This document shows positions 54,958 to 64,000 of a stretch of 64,000 nucleotides of DNA, in pieces. The translations under genes and the position numbers were made by a program. This DNA comes from Candidatus Bathyarchaeota archaeon. Lineage in GTDB: Archaea > Thermoproteota > Bathyarchaeia > Bathyarchaeales > Bathycorpusculaceae. The notes under the pieces are model-generated. The model was not told the DNA's origin. It saw only the letters and a program-made list of their open reading frames with translations, and searched no databases. Location of the stretch: the NCBI GenBank assembly GCA_963827165.1, contig CAWGZR010000010.1, forward strand, positions 71,394 to 135,393, given 5' to 3'. The first letter of the stretch is position 1, and each line of letters starts with the position of its first letter.

Positions 54958-55361
54958 GAAGTTAAGGTCACCATCTGAGGCTTATTAATTTTTCAATTTG
55001 GAGCTCACTCTTTCAGGGTCAAGTGGTGTTTCAGACTTAGCCTCTTGACAGTTTGACTCGAGGCGAAATCAAAAAGTAGTCAGGCAGAGAAAATTGCAAA
55101 GGACGCTCGTCATCCGTATGGTGAGTTGTCAGTAGCCATCGTACGATTACAACGCGGCTCAAACGTTCTCACCAACAATAATCCTAACAGCAATACCGCA
55201 AACCACGGTGTTTATGGCTTTGGCGGAAACTATCCGTCCAACGGTAACTCAGGCCACGGGATGGGAGGTATAATGCGTGGCTGCGGAATGGGAATGACGA
55301 GATAAAGCGGTGATTTCCATCCTTCAAAACTTCTTTTTTAGGCTAATTCTTCTTCAAGAGG

Positions 55362-57320
55362 TTATTTAACACGTTCAAGCCGCAGAGAATTAAGCAAAAG
55401 CAGCATGGTGACTCCGTCGTCGCCAGCGATTACGGTTGCAAGCAAACCAGTTACCCCAAGCACCCCTAATGTCCCCAAAATCAGTTTTATGACGAGTGAT
55501 GCTGCTATGTTTTGTTTGGCTATGCTCATGGTTTTGCCGCTTAACGCGATGAGGTAGGGGATTTGCGCCAATTCGTCTTTTACAAGTACGATATCCGCCG
55601 ATTCTAAAGCAACATCAACCCCGGCGGCGCCCATTGCGATCCCGACATCCGAGGTGGCGAGTGCAGGTGCGTCGTTGACGCCGTCGCCGACCATTGCCAC
55701 AAGCCCGTCTTTGCCCTTCATCTCTTCGATGCATTTGAGTTTGTCTTCTGGGAAAAGTTCGGCGTAGACTTCGTCAATTTTGAGGGCTTCAGCGGTTTCT
55801 TTGGCGATTTCTGCCCTGTCGCCCGTTAGCATCGCGGTTTTTATTCCTTTTTTCTTTAGGTCGCTTACGGCTTTTAATGCATCTCCCCGTACTTGATCTA
55901 CGACGCAGACTGTTGCGAACCCTTCTTTTCCGACGGAAACGCAGACTGAAGTGTGTGTGTCTGCTTCATCAATTGACATGGCTTCTTCGCAGTTACAGTC
56001 GAACTGTTTCATTAGCTCCGTGTTTCCGACTGCGACGAAGTTGCCGTTTACGTTTCCGATTATGCCTTTTCCGGGGACTTCCGTTAGGTCGGTGACTTTG
56101 TATTTGCTCAGGTCGATGCCTTCGTCTCTTGCCCTTCTGACTATGGCTTGGGCGACTGGATGATTTGAGAATTGGTCAAGGGCAGCTGCGAGCGCCAGAG
56201 CCTCCTTCTCGGTTCTGTGCGTCAACCTCACCTGATGGACGGCGGGTCTGCCAAGGGTCAATGTGCCGGTTTTGTCGAACACTACCCGTTTGACTTTAGC
56301 GAGTTTCTCCACATAAACACCGCCTTTGATAAGTACGCCTCTCCGGGCTGCAATGGTTATAGCTACGAAGACGGTTGCGGGAACCGAGATGATGAAGGCA
56401 CTTGGGCAGGACACCACTATGAGGATTAGGGAACGGTAGAGCCACGTATTAAAGGACGCGCCGAAAACTAATGTGGGAACAACAGCGGTTAGGGCGGCTA
56501 GAGTGATGATTATTGGGACGTAGACTTTTGCGAATCGGTCGACGAGATGCTCAATAGAAGCCTTGTGTTTGCCTGATTCAGAAACGAGGACCATGATTCT
56601 TGAGACAAGGGTTTCGCTTGCCTTTTTCGTAACTGAAACTTTCAGGATGCCGCTCATGTTCAACGTTCCAGCGAAAACACAGTCATCGATTCTCTTGGTA
56701 ACAGGCACTGATTCGCCGGTCACTAGTGCTTGGTCAACATGGGAGAAGCCCTCGGTAACGTTGCCGTCTAAAGGGATACGTTCGCCGGGTCTGACAAGCA
56801 AAATCATGTTGGGTTCGACTTCGTTGACACCGACGGTTTTTTCTTCTCCCCCGACGAAAATTCTGGCTTTGTCAGGCATGAACTTTGACAGTTTCTCAAC
56901 GGTTCGTCTTGCCCTGTCCTCGATGTAGCCTTCAAGGTATTCGGCGATTGAGTATAGAAACAAAACGGTTGCGGCTTCGAAAAACGCGTGAAGATATAGT
57001 GCGCCAAGGGCAGCTATAGCCATTAGGAATTCGACGGAGAACCTTTTTTCCAAGAAAAGCTCTCTCAGCCCGACGACGCCGATGTATATGGATGCGAAAA
57101 GCACCACTACATAGTACAGGACTATGCTCAGGGTGGCTTTGAAATTGACGAGCGGAATGGTAAAGTTAAGGGGTACGCCTGAGTAAAGGAGGGTAAGCAA
57201 GCCGCCTATGGTGATGGTTAAGCCTAGTAAAACTGCGAACGTAACCATTACACGTTTGTTTTCGGTCTGTTCCTCTTTCTGCGTGGGCTTTTCAACGCAG
57301 GTTTTGTCCTCAAAAGTCAT
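55362..57320 (-). CDS. Heavy-metal P1B-type ATPase
   Basis: TGES, SCPS, DKTGT, HP, TGD, MVGDGVNDAPAL, LNSLRL; no N-terminal metal-binding domain. Confidence 0.93.
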   Translation of the reverse strand: MTFEDKTCVEKPTQKEEQTENKRVMVTFAVLLGLTITIGGLLTLLYSGVPLNFTIPLVNFKATLSIVLYYVVVLFASIYIGVVGLRELFLEKRFSVEFLMAIAALGALYLHAFFEAATVLFLYSIAEYLEGYIEDRARRTVEKLSKFMPDKARIFVGGEEKTVGVNEVEPNMILLVRPGERIPLDGNVTEGFSHVDQALVTGESVPVTKRIDDCVFAGTLNMSGILKVSVTKKASETLVSRIMVLVSESGKHKASIEHLVDRFAKVYVPIIITLAALTAVVPTLVFGASFNTWLYRSLILIVVSCPSAFIISVPATVFVAITIAARRGVLIKGGVYVEKLAKVKRVVFDKTGTLTLGRPAVHQVRLTHRTEKEALALAAALDQFSNHPVAQAIVRRARDEGIDLSKYKVTDLTEVPGKGIIGNVNGNFVAVGNTELMKQFDCNCEEAMSIDEADTHTSVCVSVGKEGFATVCVVDQVRGDALKAVSDLKKKGIKTAMLTGDRAEIAKETAEALKIDEVYAELFPEDKLKCIEEMKGKDGLVAMVGDGVNDAPALATSDVGIAMGAAGVDVALESADIVLVKDELAQIPYLIALSGKTMSIAKQNIAASLVIKLILGTLGVLGVTGLLATVIAGDDGVTMLLLLNSLRLERVK

Positions 57321-57404
57321 CGTTTACCTAATAAAAAGAAAAATTAAAACAGCAAATATTAAGATGCTTGTGAAAAAAACGGTGGTTTTTAATAAACACC
57401 GCAT

Positions 57405-58391
57405 CTAAGGAAGGAACTGTTGGTATACTGGGTGGCCTTTGAACCGCAAAGTGGTTTCTGATGTTTCAATGGTTCCGCTGGGCAGCCGCATGCAAATCGA
57501 ATTCACGATAGCTCCATTTGGAATTACCCTTACGCCGTCTAACAGTTCGCCTTTTGTGACACCCGATGCTGCAAAAACCAGTTCTTTCCCTTTTGCAAGT
57601 TCATCCTGATTGTATGTTTTGTCGATTTCGACGCCAGTCGCCCGCAGGCGATCTAGGCGTTCGGGATCGTCTTTTTTATCCTGCCAAACCTTCGCAAGCA
57701 TGGTTCCGCCCAAAATCTTCACTGCTGTCGCGGCTATGGTGGCTTCGGGTCCGGCTCCCGCCCCGATGAGCATGTCTACTCCACTGTTTGGTAGACAGCA
57801 GACTACGGCGCCTGCAATGTCTCCGTCTGGGATAAGTAGGATTCGCACACCTAGTTTCCTGAGTTGTGCGAGCAGAGTGTTGTGTCTTTCTCGTTCAAGC
57901 ATGATAACGGTGAAGGTTGATAGAGGGATACGTTTTTCACGGGCTATTGTCCGAACCAATTTTGGAATGGGCATGTCCATGGATATTTTCCCCATTGAAT
58001 GGTAGTCTGTGGCGATTTTAAAGTAGTATCCGTCGTCAGGCAGCACTTGGAAGCATCCTGCTGGTGCACATGCTAAAGCGGAAATTGCATCTTTTCTGCC
58101 TTTGCTGGCAGCGGTGGTTCCGTCGACGGGATCAACGATGAATTCGACTTTTGGTCCTCCGCCTGTTCCGACTTTTTCTCGGCGTTCAAAAGAGGGTGCA
58201 TGATCTTTGGGTCCTTCACAGCAGATTACTTCGCCTTCCACGTCTGTTTGGGCAAGCACTGCTCTTGAAAACTCAACGGCCTTTGCATCAATTAAGTCGC
58301 AATCGCCTTGACCTACATGCAAAGCGGCGCCTACTGCGCCCGCGACTGTTATTCTTGTTAAAGATGGGGCTAAAGCTCTAAGAGAAACCAT
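57405..58391 (-). CDS. glpX: Class II fructose-1,6-bisphosphatase
   Basis: EGPKDHAP, VDPVDGT, ERERH, DGDIAG, GAGPE, FAASGVTKGELLDGV. Confidence 0.88.
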   Translation of the reverse strand: MVSLRALAPSLTRITVAGAVGAALHVGQGDCDLIDAKAVEFSRAVLAQTDVEGEVICCEGPKDHAPSFERREKVGTGGGPKVEFIVDPVDGTTAASKGRKDAISALACAPAGCFQVLPDDGYYFKIATDYHSMGKISMDMPIPKLVRTIAREKRIPLSTFTVIMLERERHNTLLAQLRKLGVRILLIPDGDIAGAVVCCLPNSGVDMLIGAGAGPEATIAATAVKILGGTMLAKVWQDKKDDPERLDRLRATGVEIDKTYNQDELAKGKELVFAASGVTKGELLDGVRVIPNGAIVNSICMRLPSGTIETSETTLRFKGHPVYQQFLP

Positions 58392-58616
58392 AACGTTATC
58401 TCCTCACAGCGATATTTGGTTAATTCGTTACCGACCAACCAATATATGCTTTGCTAAAAAAGCCTCTTATCAATAGCTGCGAATGTTCATCCCTGCTTTT
58501 TTGTTTTCAGATTGCAAGTTGGAAGTATTTGCCCAAATTTGTACGCAATCTGGTTAATTTCTTTTAGAAGTTTCTGGCGCAATCGTTAAATTGCCGCCTT
58601 CTAAGTATTCCCACCA

Positions 58617-59036
58617 ATGCCGAAAGACCAGGAAATAAAAGGCAATACGCTAAAGGCATATCTGTACCTTCTCAAACATGGTCCCTGCGAGCTGCGGGAG
58701 GTTCAGCGAGGTCTCGGCTTGTCATCAGCTTCTCTCGCGTCGTATCATCTTGGGAAACTTGCAGAAGCAAACTATGTGAAGCAAGATGAACAGGGAAAAT
58801 ACTACGCGGTCAAAGATGCCTCAGTTAAAGTTCTCGAAGGCTACTCCAAAGTCGGCCCTGCGGTTGTGCCTCAACTATTCTTCTTCTCGCTACTCTTCAC
58901 TATCGTAGCCGCCGTCTTCTCTTTTGAAGCTCTTTATGGCTCGAATTTTACAGTTTGGTTAGTAATTCTCTGCAGTGCCATGGTTGCAGTATTCTGGTAT
59001 GAAACATTGATTCTTTGGCGAAGACTCACGGCTTAG
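58617..59036 (+). CDS. Winged-helix regulator with two C-terminal TM helices
   Basis: YLYLLKHGPCELREVQRGLGLSSASLASYHLGKL followed by two hydrophobic segments. Confidence 0.8.
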   Translation: MPKDQEIKGNTLKAYLYLLKHGPCELREVQRGLGLSSASLASYHLGKLAEANYVKQDEQGKYYAVKDASVKVLEGYSKVGPAVVPQLFFFSLLFTIVAAVFSFEALYGSNFTVWLVILCSAMVAVFWYETLILWRRLTA

Positions 59037-59126
59037 CAGAACGTTTCCAAGGTTTTTTTCAATGCTTTTGAACAAGCATTAAATGGTTTTTAAAAGCCTT
59101 TAAAAAATGTAGGTTATTATTCTTTC

Positions 59127-60440
59127 GTGCCTATTTTCCGTCGATGCAAAATGACTTTAAAATGGACTACTAAATATGGTATAGCAGCTATACTCGCAGC
59201 CGCACTGATAATTTCGATTGTCTTTGTCGCCAACCCCAGCATCATACCCAAGCAAGCTTTGGGAAAATCCTCCTTCGCAGTTATGCTTACGGATCCACCA
59301 GTTGTGCCAGCTGGAACAACGGTGCTCAACCTCACATACTCAGACATCTCACTTGACATAAGCTACGTCAATGGAACTTCTGCGTGGCTTTCTGTGGGAG
59401 GTTCAGGAACAGTGAACTCTTTCGCATTGATTAACATGACCAAAACCATCGCATCAACCACTATCCCAACCAACTCCACCGTGAACAAAATCCAGTTTAC
59501 AATTGCAAACGTAACGGCAGTAGTTAATGGCACAACCTACAACGTAACCACTCTTTCAAACACTCTTGTAATGTCGGTTGCTAATAGCAGAATCAACCAA
59601 ACTTTCTCAGGCGTACTGGTTGACTTTAACCCCACACTCATCGAGATACAATCCGTTGATGCAAACGGAAACCCGGTCAACTACTATGTACTTGCCCCAA
59701 GCGCAACCGCAACGGTCGTCGGCAGTTTAGACCGAGCGCAAGTCAAAGTTGGTACAATCGTGAAAATCGGCCAAAACGGACAGGTAGGAGTAGAACGCGT
59801 CGTTCAGAACTTCAGCCAAAACGTCACAATCTCCTCCGCCTCGCTCTCAGTCAACGGCAACACCACAAACCTCTCAGTAACCCTCACAAACACCGCAGAC
59901 GTAACCTTCAGAATCTTTGGCATAACCCTCCAAGGCAAATTCAACTCCACCGTTAACTGGGCGCACGACTTCCAAATGCCATACCGCAACCCAGAAACAA
60001 TTCCATTCCAAATCAACAACACCGATTTAGTTCCGCTTTTCGGACCAAGCTTCCAAATGCAGCCTATGATTCCGCAGGATGTTCGACCACAGGCGATAAC
60101 TCAAGCAGCAAACCTCGTGCAGCCGCTCGACATGAGAATAGGAATGGGATACGGTAACCAAGGCGTCGGCTCGGGCTTTGGTGAAATGGGCATGGGCAAA
60201 GATCCTAATGGTCCCCAAGGCGGAGATGACGACAGACCGGGAACTCCAGCTACAACATATTTGGCTCTGCAGCCAGGCCAAACAGTCACATTGACTTTCA
60301 TCGGAGTCATCGGTAACCAGCAAGGGCAAAACTTCGATTATAGATCAGCATTGACAACTACCCCGATTGTGGGAAATGCATACACCATCCAGCTTACGGG
60401 CGAAGGCTTCCAAACCTACAGTGTAACCGCAACAACATAA
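59127..60440 (+). CDS. Secreted/anchored beta-rich protein, DUF4382-like N-terminus
   Basis: Signal/TM; VMLTDPP...LNLTYSDI..H-like motif; N/T-rich; Gly/Met-rich insert. Confidence 0.7.
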   Translation: MPIFRRCKMTLKWTTKYGIAAILAAALIISIVFVANPSIIPKQALGKSSFAVMLTDPPVVPAGTTVLNLTYSDISLDISYVNGTSAWLSVGGSGTVNSFALINMTKTIASTTIPTNSTVNKIQFTIANVTAVVNGTTYNVTTLSNTLVMSVANSRINQTFSGVLVDFNPTLIEIQSVDANGNPVNYYVLAPSATATVVGSLDRAQVKVGTIVKIGQNGQVGVERVVQNFSQNVTISSASLSVNGNTTNLSVTLTNTADVTFRIFGITLQGKFNSTVNWAHDFQMPYRNPETIPFQINNTDLVPLFGPSFQMQPMIPQDVRPQAITQAANLVQPLDMRIGMGYGNQGVGSGFGEMGMGKDPNGPQGGDDDRPGTPATTYLALQPGQTVTLTFIGVIGNQQGQNFDYRSALTTTPIVGNAYTIQLTGEGFQTYSVTATT

Positions 60441-60774
60441 AACAAAGAAAACAATCTTCCTCATTTTTTATCTGCTTTTCTTAAAAATAATCTTTAACTT
60501 TCTGAAAAAAGAATAAATCAAAAATTGTTAAAAATGCTTTGTTTCTCGGGATTAAGCCTAAGATTTTTGCTGCAGGAAGGTTCGGCACAACGAGTAATAC
60601 ATAACTTGCTCCGTGGCTCAGTGGACACCCGTCATGGCGGGGACATGGCCATTCCTCACCACTTGCATCATGTAGTGATCGCAGAAAGTCGTGACCCGAC
60701 CAACACTTGCTCTTTTAAACTAAGAGCTAAAAAGCCCGGCTAGACAATTTTAACTCCTAGAACGTGTTAGCAAA

Positions 60775-61404
60775 TTAATAAAAGCACGGAATATATTCGC
60801 GAACGCTAAAACCAACGGCTAGCCGATCCGCAACCGCCTTTACTCTTTCCAAGTCAACCTCCGGCATCCTGACAGCCGTCGTCTCAACCTCCAGAATATG
60901 CTTGGCGCCCTGTATGAAATCAACGGTTGCCTTGTAAGTTCCCTCAAATGTTGGCTTACAAATTTCCACGTAGGTTTCTTTGTCCCCAGCGTTTAAACTG
61001 ACACTTACCTTGTCAACGCCCGCTGTCCTCAGTTCAGTCGCAGTATCCCTGCCCATGTTAAGTATGTTACCGTGTCCGTTCGTGTCCACGCGAATCTTAA
61101 GTGGCTTGCAATAGTTCTTCCTTATCCACCGTGTAACCTCCAGCAAAAGATCGAGCCGCTCCGTGGGTTCGCCGAAACCGCAGAAAACCGCTTCATCCCA
61201 GCTCCGCATGCCCAACACCTTCTCAAGCTCGGATGTAATCTGGTCAAGGTTCGGTTCTTCAACAAGTTTAAGGTTGAATCCGCCGACGCCCCGCTTGAAA
61301 TTTTTGAAACAGAAAAAGCATCGGTTAGAGCAGCGGTTGGTGATGTTTAGGTAAAGTTTGTTGTCCAGCCAGTAGACAGCTTTGGGTTCCTCATCTTTAG
61401 CCAT
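60775..61404 (-). CDS. TatD-associated radical SAM protein
   Basis: LYLNITNRCSNRCFFC, VFCGFGEPTERL, RVDTNGHG, VSVSLNA. Confidence 0.85.
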   Translation of the reverse strand: MAKDEEPKAVYWLDNKLYLNITNRCSNRCFFCFKNFKRGVGGFNLKLVEEPNLDQITSELEKVLGMRSWDEAVFCGFGEPTERLDLLLEVTRWIRKNYCKPLKIRVDTNGHGNILNMGRDTATELRTAGVDKVSVSLNAGDKETYVEICKPTFEGTYKATVDFIQGAKHILEVETTAVRMPEVDLERVKAVADRLAVGFSVREYIPCFY

Positions 61405-61432
61405 GCCGTTCCTGCCTCATAAAATTCGGGCG

Positions 61433-61720
61433 CTAGCCGCCTGTCATTAGTGACATTATGATTACGTTGTCGCCGTTTTTAAGTGGGGTGTTGATGCCTT
61501 GAAGTTGGTCCATTAAGACGCCGTTGACCATTGTCACAAAGGTTGGCTTCATTTCTTTTTGGGTTGGATCGTAGACTTCTTGCGTGAATGGTTCGGCATA
61601 TTTTTCCGCAATGCTACAGAGCAACTCAGATAGGAGTGAATCTTGTTTTAGGTCGAATTCCTCTTGACTCGTTTTCGTGAAGCTTTTGACTAGGCTCAAG
61701 TAGTGAACTTTAACTTTCAT
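61433..61720 (-). CDS. MoaD/ThiS/SAMP ubiquitin-like sulfur carrier
   Basis: MKVKVHY..., MVNG, TPLKNGD, C-terminal TGG. Confidence 0.88.
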   Translation of the reverse strand: MKVKVHYLSLVKSFTKTSQEEFDLKQDSLLSELLCSIAEKYAEPFTQEVYDPTQKEMKPTFVTMVNGVLMDQLQGINTPLKNGDNVIIMSLMTGG

Positions 61721-61946
61721 TTCTACCACTGCAGTCGTTCTAGTGGATTGATAGAGGCACCTCTTATCTTTTTTCTGTGCCAAAAACAGCTTCTCACCTG
61801 CGAAACTCGAAAAAACGTTATTATTGCGAGTACAGATGGGAACCTTAAAACGCTTTTTTTAGCCATGAATTTCAAAAGTAAAATCCCATTAACTTAATAT
61901 ACTGTTCAACTGAGTATTTAGCTAAATTTAACGGAGGAACACGGGT

Positions 61947-63803
61947 TTGCTCGGTTACGCAGGAAAAATTCTACGCGTTAATTTATCCACAGGGAAGATT
62001 ACTGTGGAGAAACTCGATGAAGAAACCGCCAAAAAATACATTGGCGGTATAGGCTTAGGCATGAAACTTTGGCTCTCTAACTCAAAAGCAGGTGTTGACG
62101 CATTCGACCCTGAAAACCCGCTGGTTTTAGCGGTGGGTCCAGTTTCGGGAACAATGTTCCCAACAGGTGGAAACGGACACGCCTTCATTTCAAAGTCACC
62201 TGAGACAGGCGGCGTCGGCGAAGCCGTAAGCCACGGCACATTCGGCGCAGAAATCAAAAGAGCAGGTTACGACGCCTTAATTCTAGTCGGGAAATCCGAA
62301 AGACCAGTTTACCTTTGGATTGACGATGATTCAGTCCAGTTGTTTGATGCAGAAAAAATCTGGGGCAGATCACCCTCCGAAACCGAAGATGCAATTAAAG
62401 AAGAACTCGGCGACTACTATGTACGTGTCGCATCCATTGGATTGGCAGGTGAAAAACAATCCAAAATCGCCAACATAATAAACGAGAAAACACGTGCGGC
62501 AGGAAGAACAGGGCTGGGCGCAGTGATGGGGTCAAAGAACCTCAAAGCCATCGCTGTTCGTGGAACCAACGACATAGTGGTTGCCAAACCTGAAGAATTT
62601 ATTGAAATGGTCAAAGAGTTTCATGAGCGAATGAAGGGGCCAGCTGCACAGAAATACCGAACTTTAGGGACATCAGAAAACGTGATGATACAGAACTCAC
62701 TCCACTGCTTGCCCACACGCAACTTTAACAACTCATATTTTGAAAACGCTCAGAAAGTAAGCGGCGAAACCCTCAACGAACGGTACGTCGCCAAAATAAT
62801 CGCTTGCAACTCGTGTGCAATGCGGTGTGAACATGAAGTCATAGTCCACGAAGGACCCTACAAGGGAACCATGGCACGAATGGAATATGATAACATCTGG
62901 GCGCTTGGTCCCAACTGCGGCGTCGACAAGCTTGACGCAATTATCAAAGCGGCCGAACTGTGCAATTATTACGGATTGGACGCTACAAGTACAGGTGTAA
63001 CGGTCAGTTTCGTAATGGATTGCCACGAAAAAGGAATCCTAACACATGAGGATCTCCTCGGAATCGACGCTCATTTCGGCAACGCAGAAGCACTTCTGAA
63101 GCTTATTGAGAAAATAGGCAAGCGAGAGGGAATCGGCGAAATCTTAGCAGACGGGGTTAAAGCAGCCGCAGCAAAAATAGGTAAAGACTCAGACAAACTT
63201 GCCCAAAACATTAAGGGTTTAGAAGTTACAGGCTACGATTTAAGATGCTTAAAAACCGCGGCTTTAGGATTTGCAGTTTCTTTCCGTGGTGCAGATCACA
63301 ATCGAAGTGGCGCTTACACATTTGACATTTCAGGTAAAGTCGACCGTCTTAAAGCCGAAAAAGGCAGAGGCAAACTTGTAAAGGACTCCGAAGATGTCTA
63401 CTCATTAATTGACTCGCTTATTATCTGCAAGAACGCAAGAGGCACACTCTACAAAGAGATGCCTGATATGTCTAAACTCTACATGTTGGTAACAGGCTAC
63501 GAGATGACTCCACAGGAACTCAGCCTTGCAGGCGAACGCATAAACAATCTTGCACGGCTAATTAACATCAGAGAAGGATTTAGCCGAAAAGACGATACCC
63601 TTCCGTGGAAAGTTATGAACCAACCAATTCTTGACGATGGCCCAGCCAAAGGCGCTGTTGTAACTCAAGAAGAACTTGATTTACTTCTCGACGATTACTA
63701 TATGTCACGCGGCTGGACAACCAACGGAGTGCCAACCAAAGACGTTCTTACCAAGCTTGGACTGGAAGATTTATCAGACATAATCAAAGGAAAAGATGAT
63801 TAA
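61947..63803 (+). CDS. aor: Tungsten-dependent aldehyde:ferredoxin oxidoreductase family
   Basis: GYAGKILRVNLS, YIGGIGLG, SKSPETG, AAGRTGLGAVMGSKNLKAI, CNSCAMRC, GLDA, DSLIIC. Confidence 0.93.
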   Translation: MLGYAGKILRVNLSTGKITVEKLDEETAKKYIGGIGLGMKLWLSNSKAGVDAFDPENPLVLAVGPVSGTMFPTGGNGHAFISKSPETGGVGEAVSHGTFGAEIKRAGYDALILVGKSERPVYLWIDDDSVQLFDAEKIWGRSPSETEDAIKEELGDYYVRVASIGLAGEKQSKIANIINEKTRAAGRTGLGAVMGSKNLKAIAVRGTNDIVVAKPEEFIEMVKEFHERMKGPAAQKYRTLGTSENVMIQNSLHCLPTRNFNNSYFENAQKVSGETLNERYVAKIIACNSCAMRCEHEVIVHEGPYKGTMARMEYDNIWALGPNCGVDKLDAIIKAAELCNYYGLDATSTGVTVSFVMDCHEKGILTHEDLLGIDAHFGNAEALLKLIEKIGKREGIGEILADGVKAAAAKIGKDSDKLAQNIKGLEVTGYDLRCLKTAALGFAVSFRGADHNRSGAYTFDISGKVDRLKAEKGRGKLVKDSEDVYSLIDSLIICKNARGTLYKEMPDMSKLYMLVTGYEMTPQELSLAGERINNLARLINIREGFSRKDDTLPWKVMNQPILDDGPAKGAVVTQEELDLLLDDYYMSRGWTTNGVPTKDVLTKLGLEDLSDIIKGKDD

Positions 63804-63805
63804 AA

Positions 63806-64000
63806 ATGGTCAAAATTCACGAAAGAAAATTCGTTTCAGTTGACCCCGAAAAATGTGTAGGCTGCCAAATCTGCGAGTACGCCTGCTCATTCACCAAAGA
63901 GAAAGCGTTTAACCCGCTCAAGTCACGCATACGTGTTGTCCGTGTTAACCAAGTCGCCAACATGTCAGTAACCTGCAGGCTATGTGAAGACCCAGCGTGC
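63806..64000 (+). CDS. 4Fe-4S dicluster subunit, truncated by the window edge
   Basis: MVKIHERKFVSVDPEKCVGCQICEYACS...SRIRV...CRLCEDPAC. Confidence 0.85.
   Translation, partial: MVKIHERKFVSVDPEKCVGCQICEYACSFTKEKAFNPLKSRIRVVRVNQVANMSVTCRLCEDPAC

Noticed and set aside
55110-55310. Gly/Met/Asn-rich open stretch ending GMGGIMRGCGMGMTR*
   Set aside because: Short, with no convincing start or motif; at best a remnant.
901-63026. Numerous 60-270 aa ORFs overlapping well-supported genes on the opposite strand or in another frame (e.g. 901..1260, 11987..12808, 15210..15755, 38629..39222)
   Set aside because: Shadow ORFs with no recognisable motifs.

Overview
Archaeal chromosomal window, most consistent with Bathyarchaeia. 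This is inferred from archaeal-type Cdc6, Dys, PoK/PPAT, Ard1 and AOR, several PQQ-type beta-propeller surface proteins, and GGTGA/GGAGG ribosome sites. Housekeeping blocks (CoA, Moco/Wco, hypusine, thiamine, polyamine, AOR) alternate with accessory stretches. Main points: (1) a 5.76-kb element integrated in tRNA-Arg(TCT) with a 44-bp att duplication that splits an SSV-type integrase. It also carries a second tyrosine recombinase, a primase-less SF3 helicase with internal inverted iteron-like repeats, and several small genes missed by the ORF track. (2) A non-coding module present five times: a conserved ~60-bp A/C-rich motif fused to a 10-bp-period array whose repeat unit differs in every copy. 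Two copies precede paralogous 92-aa double-AbrB genes. (3) A tubulin/FtsZ-family GTPase with a roughly 450-aa helical insert, coupled to a membrane protein. (4) A stand-alone minimal PolX of ASFV size. (5) A TPP riboswitch over a four-gene thiamine operon. (6) A TetR/ABC module with three 21-bp-spaced palindromes. (7) Two tandem 901-aa surface paralogs with conserved ends and a divergent core. Several genes carry single-base frameshifts, three of them next to CTAG and two in homopolymers. These may be assembly errors, so frameshift-based conclusions are tentative. All family assignments come from motif recognition; no database search was run.
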